Part shown: one piece after another, positions 1 through 7,300 of the stretch
How the letters are laid out: every line of letters starts with the position of its first letter
Position numbering within the stretch: position 1 is the first letter of the stretch
The notes under the pieces: model-generated
Databases searched by the model: none
The model's input: only the letters and a program-made list of their open reading frames with translations
Told to the model about the DNA's origin: nothing
Position numbers and translations under genes: made by a program
Source: a virus
Taxonomy: Duplodnaviria; Caudoviricetes
Reading direction: 5' to 3' (one strand)
IMG/VR virus record: IMGVR_UViG_2974753385_000001
Location: 2,185 to 66,184 of that record
DNA: 64,000 bases

Positions 1-2
1 AC

Positions 3-473
3 GACGCCGCCGACCGGGTCGAGCCCGAAGCCGACGAGGACGCGATCAGGGATCTGGACGACGAGGACGGGGACGACTGGGTGCCGCCGACCGATCTGAT
101 CCCGCCGACCCCGCAGCGCATGACCGCGGCCGAGAACGAGATCCACCGGCTGAAGGAGACGGTACTCGGCGACGAGGACAACAGCGTGGAGAGCCGCCTG
201 AGCAACCTCGAAGATCTGGTCCAGGGGATCGAGAGCCGCCTGAAGCGGGCCGAGGCGAACATCACCGACCTGGCCGACACCTGGGTCGCATCGCTGCCGA
301 AGTCGACCAGCACCCCGAGAGTGATCAACGATCGGATCGAGATCTCGGTCGGCGAGCTCAAGGATCGGGCTAAGGCGGCCTACCTGGAGGTGCATGAGAC
401 CAGCGGGCTGTCCCTGATCAAGGCCGAGGAGTTCTGGGCCGCATTCTCCGCGCAGCTTAGGAAGTACAGTTGA
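3..473 (+). CDS. 5'-truncated hypothetical protein with coiled-coil segment
   Basis: The ORF-track frame 81..473 is open back to position 3 (DAADRVEPEADED...). Heptad-like RLSNLEDLVQGIESRLKRAEANI. Confidence 0.75.
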   Translation, partial: DAADRVEPEADEDAIRDLDDEDGDDWVPPTDLIPPTPQRMTAAENEIHRLKETVLGDEDNSVESRLSNLEDLVQGIESRLKRAEANITDLADTWVASLPKSTSTPRVINDRIEISVGELKDRAKAAYLEVHETSGLSLIKAEEFWAAFSAQLRKYS

Positions 474-499
474 CGTCAACCTAGAAACTGCGGTAGGGT
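469..499 (+). promoter_or_regulatory. SigA-like promoter TTGACG-N18-TAGGGT overlapped by perfect palindrome GTTGACGTCAAC; leaderless start at ATG 506
   Basis: Palindrome 469-480, -35 at 470-475, -10 at 494-499, ATG 6 nt later with no SD. Confidence 0.65.
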
Positions 500-505
500 G
501 TGGGT

Positions 506-832
506 ATGAACACAGAGGACATACCCACACCCCCGCCGCCGCTGCCGCCGAACGTCGAGGTCGGCCACCGGATGCACGAGCTGGCCGAGGAGATGCGCGA
601 GAAGCTGGCCCCGGCGCTGCGAGAGCTCGGCCTGGCGGCCCGCGGGGTGTTCCAGACCATCGAGGCGGCGTGGCCGACGGCGCAGAAGCTCGCCGAAGAG
701 GCGCAGCGCGAGGTCGACGAGCGCAACCCGCCGGACCCCAACAGCCTGCGCGACGGGCGGGGCATCAAGCGGCCCGCGTCGGTGCCGCCGATGTGGGCCA
801 ACAACCCGACCCGCAAACGGCGTCGCCGGTGA
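506..832 (+). CDS. hypothetical protein
   Basis: ORF track 500..832; ATG 506 preferred because of the leaderless promoter geometry. Confidence 0.75.
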   Translation: MNTEDIPTPPPPLPPNVEVGHRMHELAEEMREKLAPALRELGLAARGVFQTIEAAWPTAQKLAEEAQREVDERNPPDPNSLRDGRGIKRPASVPPMWANNPTRKRRRR

Positions 833-948
833 GACCATTCGCCATCACGAGCTGGGTACTCACTCGGCTCATCGACGCGGCGATGCGCGCCGTGAACCCC
901 CTTCCGAACATGTACCCCGACCCCGAGGAGAGCCCCGACGATGAGTGA
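829..948 (+). CDS. 39-aa hypothetical protein
   Basis: GTGA overlap with the upstream stop; fills the gap to the 941 gene. Confidence 0.5.
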   Translation: MRPFAITSWVLTRLIDAAMRAVNPLPNMYPDPEESPDDE

Positions 949-1378
949 GCCTTCAGGCATCGAGCAGTTCAAGACAGCCGCCGAGCAGTACCTCGGAACG
1001 GTGACCACCGGCGAGCGGTGGGGGTTCGGCCAGCCCGCCCCCGAACCGTCCGACGCGCCGAGCGCCCACGACCTGGTCATCGGCGACATGGCGAGGCGCA
1101 AGGAGTTCGGGCTGGCGAAGTACGGCACCCCGCTCCAGCACGACAACGGCCGCGACCACCTGGTCGACGCCTACAAAGAGGTGCTCGACCTCGCGGTGTA
1201 TCTGCGCAACGAGATCGAGGCTCGCCACGAGCGGGGCCTGCCAATCATCGACCCGAAGAACCCCGACCACTGCGAGTTCGTCGCGGCGATGCTCTGTCAG
1301 CCCGACATCCCCGACGACCCGGCGAACCCGACGGCCTGGTTCCGGCAGGCCAGACAGCTCCGCGAGCGGGGCGAGTGA
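941..1378 (+). CDS. putative all-alpha nucleotide pyrophosphohydrolase-like protein
   Basis: Motif RKEFGLAKYGTPL..NGRDHLVDAYKEVLDLAVYL resembles MazG/dUTPase-superfamily phage proteins. Confidence 0.45.
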   Translation: MSEPSGIEQFKTAAEQYLGTVTTGERWGFGQPAPEPSDAPSAHDLVIGDMARRKEFGLAKYGTPLQHDNGRDHLVDAYKEVLDLAVYLRNEIEARHERGLPIIDPKNPDHCEFVAAMLCQPDIPDDPANPTAWFRQARQLRERGE

Positions 1379-1623
1379 TGCCACTGACGAGACCCTCGCC
1401 AGGCTCGAAAGCCTCGACCTACCGCGGCAAGAAGGACTTCCGCGTGCTGGTCAAAACCATCCGAAAGGCCGGGGGCGAGGTGAGGATGCCCCGCCACACC
1501 GGCGGCCACCCGCAAGTGTTCTACCAGGGCAAACACGTCACTTCAGTGCCGCTGACGCCCTCCGATAATCGTTCCTACAAGAACGTCCTCGCGGCCTGCC
1601 GCCGTGTGGGAATGCAAGTCTGA
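1378..1623 (+). CDS. hicA: HicA-like toxin / RNase (dsRBD-like fold)
   Basis: 81-aa basic protein, ATG overlapping the upstream TGA; pattern G-G-H-x-x-V...VTSVPLTPSD.RSYKN typical of HicA-like phage proteins. Confidence 0.65.
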   Translation: MPLTRPSPGSKASTYRGKKDFRVLVKTIRKAGGEVRMPRHTGGHPQVFYQGKHVTSVPLTPSDNRSYKNVLAACRRVGMQV

Positions 1624-1634
1624 GAAGAGGATTC

Positions 1635-2096
1635 ATGAAGCACACAGTGAAAGACCTGATGAGGCAGTCCGAAGAGGTCATCGCGAAGGCGAACGAGCGC
1701 GCCGAGGTCGAAGAGAAGCGGTGGGTCGAGCTCAACGAGGCTCGCTACCGCGCGCTGCGCGACCGGATGACGCTGCGCCTGCGCCGCGGTGAGGCGATCA
1801 CCGAGACCGACTTCCGCGAGACCGTCGGATCGCCGGACCTCGGGTACGGCAAGGCGCGCGCATTCTCCGATCCGCGCAAGAGCCCGATCACCGCGCTGCG
1901 CTCGACCAGGCCTCGCCAGCACGTCAGCGTCTACTACGACGACATCATCGCGTTCCGCAACGCACTGTCGAAGTTCGACGAGAACTCCCAGGTCAGCGAC
2001 CGCGACCTGGCCGATCTCGGGTTCGCGCGGTTCCCGGCGGTCCTGCATCGCCTCCAGAACCCCGACCGCTACTGGGGAAGTCAGGTGATCTGGTGA
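1635..2096 (+). CDS. hypothetical protein
   Basis: SD GAGGA upstream; phage-like codon usage. Confidence 0.8.
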   Translation: MKHTVKDLMRQSEEVIAKANERAEVEEKRWVELNEARYRALRDRMTLRLRRGEAITETDFRETVGSPDLGYGKARAFSDPRKSPITALRSTRPRQHVSVYYDDIIAFRNALSKFDENSQVSDRDLADLGFARFPAVLHRLQNPDRYWGSQVIW

Positions 2097-2560
2097 GCGC
2101 CAAGAAGGACCCGACCTACCTGGACGCGAAGATCGGCGACGAGCTGATCGTCATCGAGCGTCGCCGTGACTTCGACGCCGAGCAGCTCCGGCGGAGAAAG
2201 TCCGAGGAGACCGGCCGAAGCCTCAGCTGCGAGAGGCTGTTCAAGAACGTGCAGCACACCGCGGTGGTGACCAAGGTCGGCACGAAGTACGTCTACGCGA
2301 CCGAGCAGGGCAAGTACTTCGTCGAGCTGAAGATCGCGAAGGACACCGGGTGGGCCATCAACACCCGGCACGGGGTCGGGACTGGCAAGCGGGCTTTCAC
2401 TCCGGCCAGTTACGAGGCGCACCAGCGCCGACAGAAGGCGCGGGAGACCGTGCGAGAGGTCGTGCAGAAGGGGTCGGGCTACTCGTGGCCCGACGACCTG
2501 ACCACCGAGGCGCTCGAAGACATCGCGCGCATTCTGTCGAACAAGGAGAGCCGACTGTGA
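2093..2560 (+). CDS. hypothetical protein
   Basis: GTGA coupling; ORF track. Confidence 0.8.
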   Translation: MSAKKDPTYLDAKIGDELIVIERRRDFDAEQLRRRKSEETGRSLSCERLFKNVQHTAVVTKVGTKYVYATEQGKYFVELKIAKDTGWAINTRHGVGTGKRAFTPASYEAHQRRQKARETVREVVQKGSGYSWPDDLTTEALEDIARILSNKESRL

Positions 2561-2901
2561 GCACCAAGGAACCGGCCGTCGCGCTGAAGGCCTACGCCGA
2601 GCAGGTCGTCCGCCTAAGGACGGGGGAGCTGCGACATCACCCGGCCACCCGTGGCCGGATCGACATGCTGACCGAGCACTTCCTGAACACCTGGCACGTC
2701 GCGCCGGTGACCGAGGTGGCGCAGCAGCGCGAGGCGACCGCGGAGTGGCAGCAGGAGGCGAAGCTGGTGATCGCGCTGCTCCTGACGGCGATGAACAACG
2801 TCGCGCCGCAGCTCGGCGACACGGTGCTGGCCGAGGCCGAGAGGATCGTCGTCGCGAGAGGCCTTGATCCCGAGGAGGTTCTGGCAAGGTTCACTCCATG
2901 A
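2557..2901 (+). CDS. hypothetical protein
   Basis: GTG 2557 overlaps the upstream stop, SD AAGGAG; 3' part of track ORF 2350..2901. Confidence 0.75.
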   Translation: MSTKEPAVALKAYAEQVVRLRTGELRHHPATRGRIDMLTEHFLNTWHVAPVTEVAQQREATAEWQQEAKLVIALLLTAMNNVAPQLGDTVLAEAERIVVARGLDPEEVLARFTP

Positions 2902-3206
2902 CGATGAGGATGAGGTTTGTCGAGGAGTACGCGGTGGAGTGGCTCCGCGCCGACGGCACCACGATCCAGTCGGAGCCGACGCGCTCCTTCGAGGTCGCCG
3001 CCAGCGCCGCGGAGTGGCTCCCGCGCCAGAAGGGCATCCACATGGCGCGGGTCCTCAACCGGACGATCCGGCAGGAGAAGAAGTGGTGGCAGGTGTTCTG
3101 GCTGGACACCGGCATGACCCGCTGGTTCGACGCCGAGGAACGCTTCGAGAACCCTCTCGTCCCCATCGAGGAGGACGGTCGGTTTGACGCTGTCGACGTC
3201 AACTGA
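2898..3206 (+). CDS. hypothetical protein
   Basis: ATGA coupling; Trp-rich. Confidence 0.75.
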   Translation: MTMRMRFVEEYAVEWLRADGTTIQSEPTRSFEVAASAAEWLPRQKGIHMARVLNRTIRQEKKWWQVFWLDTGMTRWFDAEERFENPLVPIEEDGRFDAVDVN

Positions 3207-3212
3207 TACAGT
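3184..3212 (+). promoter_or_regulatory. SigA-like promoter TTGACG-N17-TACAGT with GTCGACGTCAAC in the spacer; leaderless ATG 3219
   Basis: -35 at 3184-3189, palindrome variant 3192-3203, -10 at 3207-3212. Confidence 0.75.
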
Positions 3213-3218
3213 GAGGGA

Positions 3219-3680
3219 ATGAGCACATTCCCACCCGATCAAGATCCATCCCTGGTCCACGTCAGCTTCACCGAGGACGGGACACAGATGGTCAACCTGC
3301 ACATGACGCCGAGCGCCGCCCGGCACATGGCGGTCGACCTCTACGACGAGGCCGACCGCACGGAGGCACGACCGACCTTCCGAGAGCAGATCAAGGCTCG
3401 CTGGCGGCCCGGCGGCAGCCGCGACTGGACCCAGGCCATCGCGGTCTCCGCCATCTGCGTCGCCCTCCTCTCGGCGTTCGACGGCTCGCTGTACGACTCG
3501 GTCACCAGCCGAGTGCTCGGCTACGGCATGTTCGTGCTCGGCATCGGCCTGGTGATCTACCGAGCCTGGCGCGATCGCCGGGACCTGAGTGAGGAGGCCC
3601 GCGAGCGCCGGTACAGCGGCGAAGTCGGCGACCAGCTCGACGCCGAAACCGGCCGTCTACCCTGGAGGATCGTCCGATGA
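3219..3680 (+). CDS. membrane protein (2 TM)
   Basis: Hydrophobic AIAVSAICVALLSAF and VLGYGMFVLGIGLVIY segments. Confidence 0.75.
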   Translation: MSTFPPDQDPSLVHVSFTEDGTQMVNLHMTPSAARHMAVDLYDEADRTEARPTFREQIKARWRPGGSRDWTQAIAVSAICVALLSAFDGSLYDSVTSRVLGYGMFVLGIGLVIYRAWRDRRDLSEEARERRYSGEVGDQLDAETGRLPWRIVR

Positions 3681-3982
3681 GCATCGCCGTCGGCCACCGG
3701 CCGGGAGCACAGTCCGGCGGGATGCTCGCACCGCGGGCCACGCTGGTCGGATGCGACTACCCGCTCTGCGACAAGGCGATCCACTTCCCGGTGAACCTCC
3801 AGTCGTCGAAGGCGCAATGCATCCGCGACACGATCCGTTTCATGAAGGCCCACGACCGGCAGAAGGAGATCGCCGGGTGGACGGTGGACACCACCGTGGA
3901 TCCGCCGAAGTTCTTCTGCTCCAACCACGCCGACAAGCCCAAGGTCGGCACCATCACCCTCAACCCGAATCGAGGCTCATGA
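3677..3982 (+). CDS. hypothetical Cys-containing protein
   Basis: ATGA coupling; CDYPLC...FFCSNH. Confidence 0.7.
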   Translation: MSIAVGHRPGAQSGGMLAPRATLVGCDYPLCDKAIHFPVNLQSSKAQCIRDTIRFMKAHDRQKEIAGWTVDTTVDPPKFFCSNHADKPKVGTITLNPNRGS

Positions 3983-4344
3983 GCAACACCGAAGAGCGCG
4001 AGCTCACCGTGCAGGACCAGTTCGACGCCGCGCAGGCGCTCGGCGAGGTCCGCCGCAAGATCGACGCCGGAGAAGACCTGACCGAGGCCGAGAAGGCGCT
4101 GCTGGTCTACTCGGCCAACTGGGTGGCGGCCAGCGAGATGGCCGGATTCTGGAAGCAGGTAGCCCTGTCCCGGCCGACCGGCAACACCGACAAGGACATC
4201 GTCTCCCACCTCCGCAGCTTCGGCACCCTGCTCGACCGCGGGCTCACCGCCGCGAAGCGGGGCCTGCTGGTCGGCGAGGTGACCGTACTGGAAGCCCTGC
4301 GGTCGGACTTCCGCGAGTGCTTCATGAAGGAGCTGGAGAAGTGA
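3979..4344 (+). CDS. hypothetical protein
   Basis: ATG 3979 overlaps the upstream stop; 3' part of track ORF 3589..4344. Confidence 0.75.
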   Translation: MSNTEERELTVQDQFDAAQALGEVRRKIDAGEDLTEAEKALLVYSANWVAASEMAGFWKQVALSRPTGNTDKDIVSHLRSFGTLLDRGLTAAKRGLLVGEVTVLEALRSDFRECFMKELEK

Positions 4345-4478
4345 GCGACATCCTGACCTGGGGGAACATCCTCAAAATCGCCATTCTCGCAATTCTGTTC
4401 GCGATCACCTTCGGGGTCTGCGCGAAGGTCTATTGGGAGGCGAAGGGCTGGGCCCTGTACGGGAGGCCGAAGCGATGA
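4341..4478 (+). CDS. 45-aa single-TM membrane protein (below ORF-track cutoff)
   Basis: MSDILTWGNILKIAILAILFAITFGVCAKVYWEAKGWALYGRPKR; coupled at both ends. Confidence 0.65.
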   Translation: MSDILTWGNILKIAILAILFAITFGVCAKVYWEAKGWALYGRPKR

Positions 4479-4732
4479 GCGAGCGCATCAACGAGCTGAA
4501 GGTCACCAAGCGCATCGACCCCGAGCGGGTCGGCCGGGTGCTGAAGCAGGACCGCGACTCGATGAACGAGATGCCGTCCCAGGAGCTCCAGTCGCTCATC
4601 AAGCAGGCCGAGGTCGACATGGGCCGATGCGCCGACGCCTCGGAGACGCTGCGACTGGTGTCGCGGGAACTGGCCGAGGTCATGCTCATCGGGCTGGAGG
4701 TGGCCGCTGCGAGGAACGTGAGGCTCCTATGA
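4475..4732 (+). CDS. hypothetical protein
   Basis: ATG 4475 overlaps the upstream TGA. Confidence 0.7.
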   Translation: MSERINELKVTKRIDPERVGRVLKQDRDSMNEMPSQELQSLIKQAEVDMGRCADASETLRLVSRELAEVMLIGLEVAAARNVRLL

Positions 4733-5085
4733 CTCTCGCGGAGCGGGTTGGGCTCGGCGCGGCAGCGTGGTTCGTCTTCGCCGCCCTGCTCAACTCGACC
4801 GACCGGCATTGGCTTGCGACGCTCACCTGCCTGTTGTTCGCGTCGGCGATCCTCGCATGGGCTTTCGGCCGGTCTTCCGACCGCGCCGCCGCGAAAGCCG
4901 ACCGTGAGCAGCGGAACCTGTTGGCCCGCCTGGAGAGCGACATGAGGTACGAACGCACCGGCGGGTGGGTGCTCAACGAGGAGGGATTCTATGTCCGAAG
5001 AGATGAGCGTGGAGGAGATCTCCCAGGCAGCCCTGGAGACGATCAAGAACGCGGTGAACGTGGAGATCAAGGCGCGGTACGGTGA
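4729..5085 (+). CDS. membrane protein (2 TM)
   Basis: ATGA coupling; two hydrophobic helices; 3' end overlaps the next gene by 95 nt. Confidence 0.6.
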   Translation: MTLAERVGLGAAAWFVFAALLNSTDRHWLATLTCLLFASAILAWAFGRSSDRAAAKADREQRNLLARLESDMRYERTGGWVLNEEGFYVRRDERGGDLPGSPGDDQERGERGDQGAVR

Positions 5086-5284
5086 CGAGTTCTTCGTCGC
5101 GAACGCGATGGTGATCGCCTTGGTCGAGCGACCCCGAGGCGACCTGGAGAAGCCGGACGCGAAGCGGTTCCGGTTGTTCCTGAAGACGCTCGGCTCGATC
5201 CCGGCACACGTCGGGATCGGAATGATGAGGGAGGCCGCGGCGATCTTCCAGGCTCGCCGCGCACAGAACGGAGAGTCGAATTGA
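4991..5284 (+). CDS. hypothetical protein
   Basis: SD GAGG upstream; ORF track. Confidence 0.7.
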   Translation: MSEEMSVEEISQAALETIKNAVNVEIKARYGDEFFVANAMVIALVERPRGDLEKPDAKRFRLFLKTLGSIPAHVGIGMMREAAAIFQARRAQNGESN

Positions 5285-5505
5285 GCGAGAGAGCAGAGGA
5301 GGTCAGGGTGTCGGTCGCCGAAATCCTGGCCTCGGTGGGAATGGCGCAAGTGGTCCTGTCCGTGGAGGAGATGAAGATGGTCAGAGACCTGCTCCGGCAG
5401 GCCGAAACCGAGAGCCTCCTCGGCTGGCCGAAGCCCGACCAAGCGGAGACAATCGCGCGCGTGGCTGACAGGATCGACAACCTGATCGAGAGGATGGAGG
5501 AGTGA
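5281..5505 (+). CDS. hypothetical protein
   Basis: TTGA coupling. Confidence 0.6.
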   Translation: MSERAEEVRVSVAEILASVGMAQVVLSVEEMKMVRDLLRQAETESLLGWPKPDQAETIARVADRIDNLIERMEE

Positions 5506-6296
5506 CGCGAGAGATCGCCATCCGGTCGCTGCGGGGCACCGGGGAGCCGTTCCAGGGGTACACCGGGGCCTACGGCGCGCAGCCGCGCAGCGGATGGGGC
5601 ATCAACGAGCCGAACATGATGGACGACATCGTGAAGGCTGGTCGAGAGCTGGAGGTCGGGCACTACCCGGTCCCCTACCACGCCTCGATCGCCCCGGCCG
5701 GTGGCACGAAGATGTTCCACGAGAGCTACCACGACGGCTGGCAGAAGGTCACCAAGACCGATGCCACGAGCGGGACGGCGAACATCTGGATCGGCTACTC
5801 CCTCGGCGCGCTGATCCTCGGCGACGTCGCGGCCGCAGGCGAACTGAACAACTGCATCGGCATGATCCTGCTCTCGGACCCGGCGATGCCCAAGGGTGGC
5901 GCGCACCCCGCCTGCAAGGTGCCGTCGGAACGGTACGGATGTACCGGGGGCCGGGCCATCTCGGGGCCGTTCCCGAAGTACTGGATCTCGGCCGCCGACG
6001 ACCCGATCTCGGCGCTGCCGCAGGGGAACGGGTTCCGAGGCATCGCCTCGGTGGTCACCGGGAAGCCGCAGCCGCTCGCCCCCGGCTACCTCAACGTCCC
6101 GGCGATCATCGACGCGGCCCGGCGTTACCTCGGTACCCCGCCGATCGAGGCCGGGGGTCGGCGGATTCGGGAGGCGGTGCCGAGTCGGCACGTCATCTAC
6201 GCCTCGGAACGGATGCCCGGATCCACCCAGACCTACACAGGCTTCGCCGGGACCCTGGCGAAGGCAATGATCGACCAGTACAAGGAGAATCAGTGA
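5502..6296 (+). CDS. lysB: lysin B (cutinase-like alpha/beta hydrolase)
   Basis: Nucleophile elbow WIGYSLGA followed by ILLSDP, and a late His (SRHVIY). Confidence 0.75.
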   Translation: MTREIAIRSLRGTGEPFQGYTGAYGAQPRSGWGINEPNMMDDIVKAGRELEVGHYPVPYHASIAPAGGTKMFHESYHDGWQKVTKTDATSGTANIWIGYSLGALILGDVAAAGELNNCIGMILLSDPAMPKGGAHPACKVPSERYGCTGGRAISGPFPKYWISAADDPISALPQGNGFRGIASVVTGKPQPLAPGYLNVPAIIDAARRYLGTPPIEAGGRRIREAVPSRHVIYASERMPGSTQTYTGFAGTLAKAMIDQYKENQ

Positions 6297-6751
6297 CCGA
6301 CATCCTCGATACCCCCGATCTCGTCCAGGCGCTCGACGGCGTGCCGCCGCGCAGCCTCATGGACAACGATGGGGTGCTCACCCCGGCCGGGGAGCGACTC
6401 ATCGAGATGGGACTGAAGGCGCTCGTCCTCGCCGCACACCTCCAGGCCGAGAAGGCGGGGTGGAACGAGAACCGCAACAGCGTGATCGAGGAGTTGGCGC
6501 TGGTCACCACCGAGGTCGCCGAGGCCATCGAGGAGGCCCGCGACGGGTGCCCCGGCGTCGAGGGGCTCTACTTCGACATCGAGACCCAGAAGCCGGAGGG
6601 GATCGCGTCCGAGATCGGCGATGTGATCATCCGGTCGGCGCACCTGTCGACCAACCCGCAGTACGGCTCGATCGACGTCGTCGAGGGAACCCTGGCGAAG
6701 CTGCGATACAACCCGACGCGGGGGCATCGCCACGGCGGCCGACTGGCATGA
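6293..6751 (+). CDS. mazG: MazG-like nucleotide pyrophosphohydrolase
   Basis: LALVTTEVAEAIEE...SEIGDVIIR...KLRYNPTRGHRHGG; start GTG 6293 coupled to lysB. Confidence 0.75.
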   Translation: MTDILDTPDLVQALDGVPPRSLMDNDGVLTPAGERLIEMGLKALVLAAHLQAEKAGWNENRNSVIEELALVTTEVAEAIEEARDGCPGVEGLYFDIETQKPEGIASEIGDVIIRSAHLSTNPQYGSIDVVEGTLAKLRYNPTRGHRHGGRLA

Positions 6752-6903
6752 TGCTCTACCTGTTCGGTATCTCGGCAGGGATTCTCCTGAGTGGGCTCGT
6801 TGTCGACATTCCGTTGTGGTGGACCATGATCGGGATGCTGCTGCCGACCTGGCACCTGGCGGGAGTGATCACTCGTCTGGTACTCCCCGACGAGAAGCCC
6901 TGA
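6748..6903 (+). CDS. 51-aa membrane protein
   Basis: ATGA coupling; almost wholly hydrophobic. Confidence 0.6.
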   Translation: MMLYLFGISAGILLSGLVVDIPLWWTMIGMLLPTWHLAGVITRLVLPDEKP

Positions 6904-6977
6904 TAGGCTGTGCTCCAACGCCTACCTTAGGGTGTTCGTTTCGCGGGGCACATACGTGAAGCGGCGTTGTCACCGGA

Positions 6978-7020
6978 GAACCCCGGCCCTCGTTTTGCAC
7001 GAGAGGTCGGGGTTTCTTCG
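6978..7020 (+). terminator. intrinsic terminator-like hairpin closing the left accessory operon
   Basis: GAACCCCGGCCCTCG / CGAGAGGTCGGGGTTTC stem followed by TTCGTGTT. Confidence 0.55.
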
Positions 7021-7024
7021 TGTT

Positions 7025-7035
7025 CGGGGTAGCAT
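7025..7035 (+). promoter_or_regulatory. putative late extended -10 (CGGGGTAGCAT), leaderless ATG 7043
   Basis: Near-identical to 9118-9128; both sit 7 nt upstream of an ATG with no SD. Confidence 0.5.
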
Positions 7036-7042
7036 CGCGGCT

Positions 7043-7300
7043 ATGTCCTCCTCGTCGTCGAGCTATGCCAAGGGAAAGGCGTCCGGCGGCGCGCAACTGA
7101 AGGTGTACTGGACCACCGGTGAGGGCGGGGTCAAGAAGATCCGCTGGAACACCCCCGGCGATTTCACTCGCTGCGTCCGGTACATGCGCAAGTACGCGGC
7201 GCGAGAGGGCTTCTCGGCCGAGGGGTACTGTGCCCGGCTCCACAAGGCGGCCACCGGCGTTTACCCTGGTGACAAACGGAATGTGGGCAAGAGGGGCTGA
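7043..7300 (+). CDS. small basic protein with W..PGDF.RC...GYCA.LH..ATG..PG motif
   Basis: ATG 7043 in track ORF 6932..7300; coupled (TGATG) to the 7300 gene. Confidence 0.75.
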   Translation: MSSSSSSYAKGKASGGAQLKVYWTTGEGGVKKIRWNTPGDFTRCVRYMRKYAAREGFSAEGYCARLHKAATGVYPGDKRNVGKRG

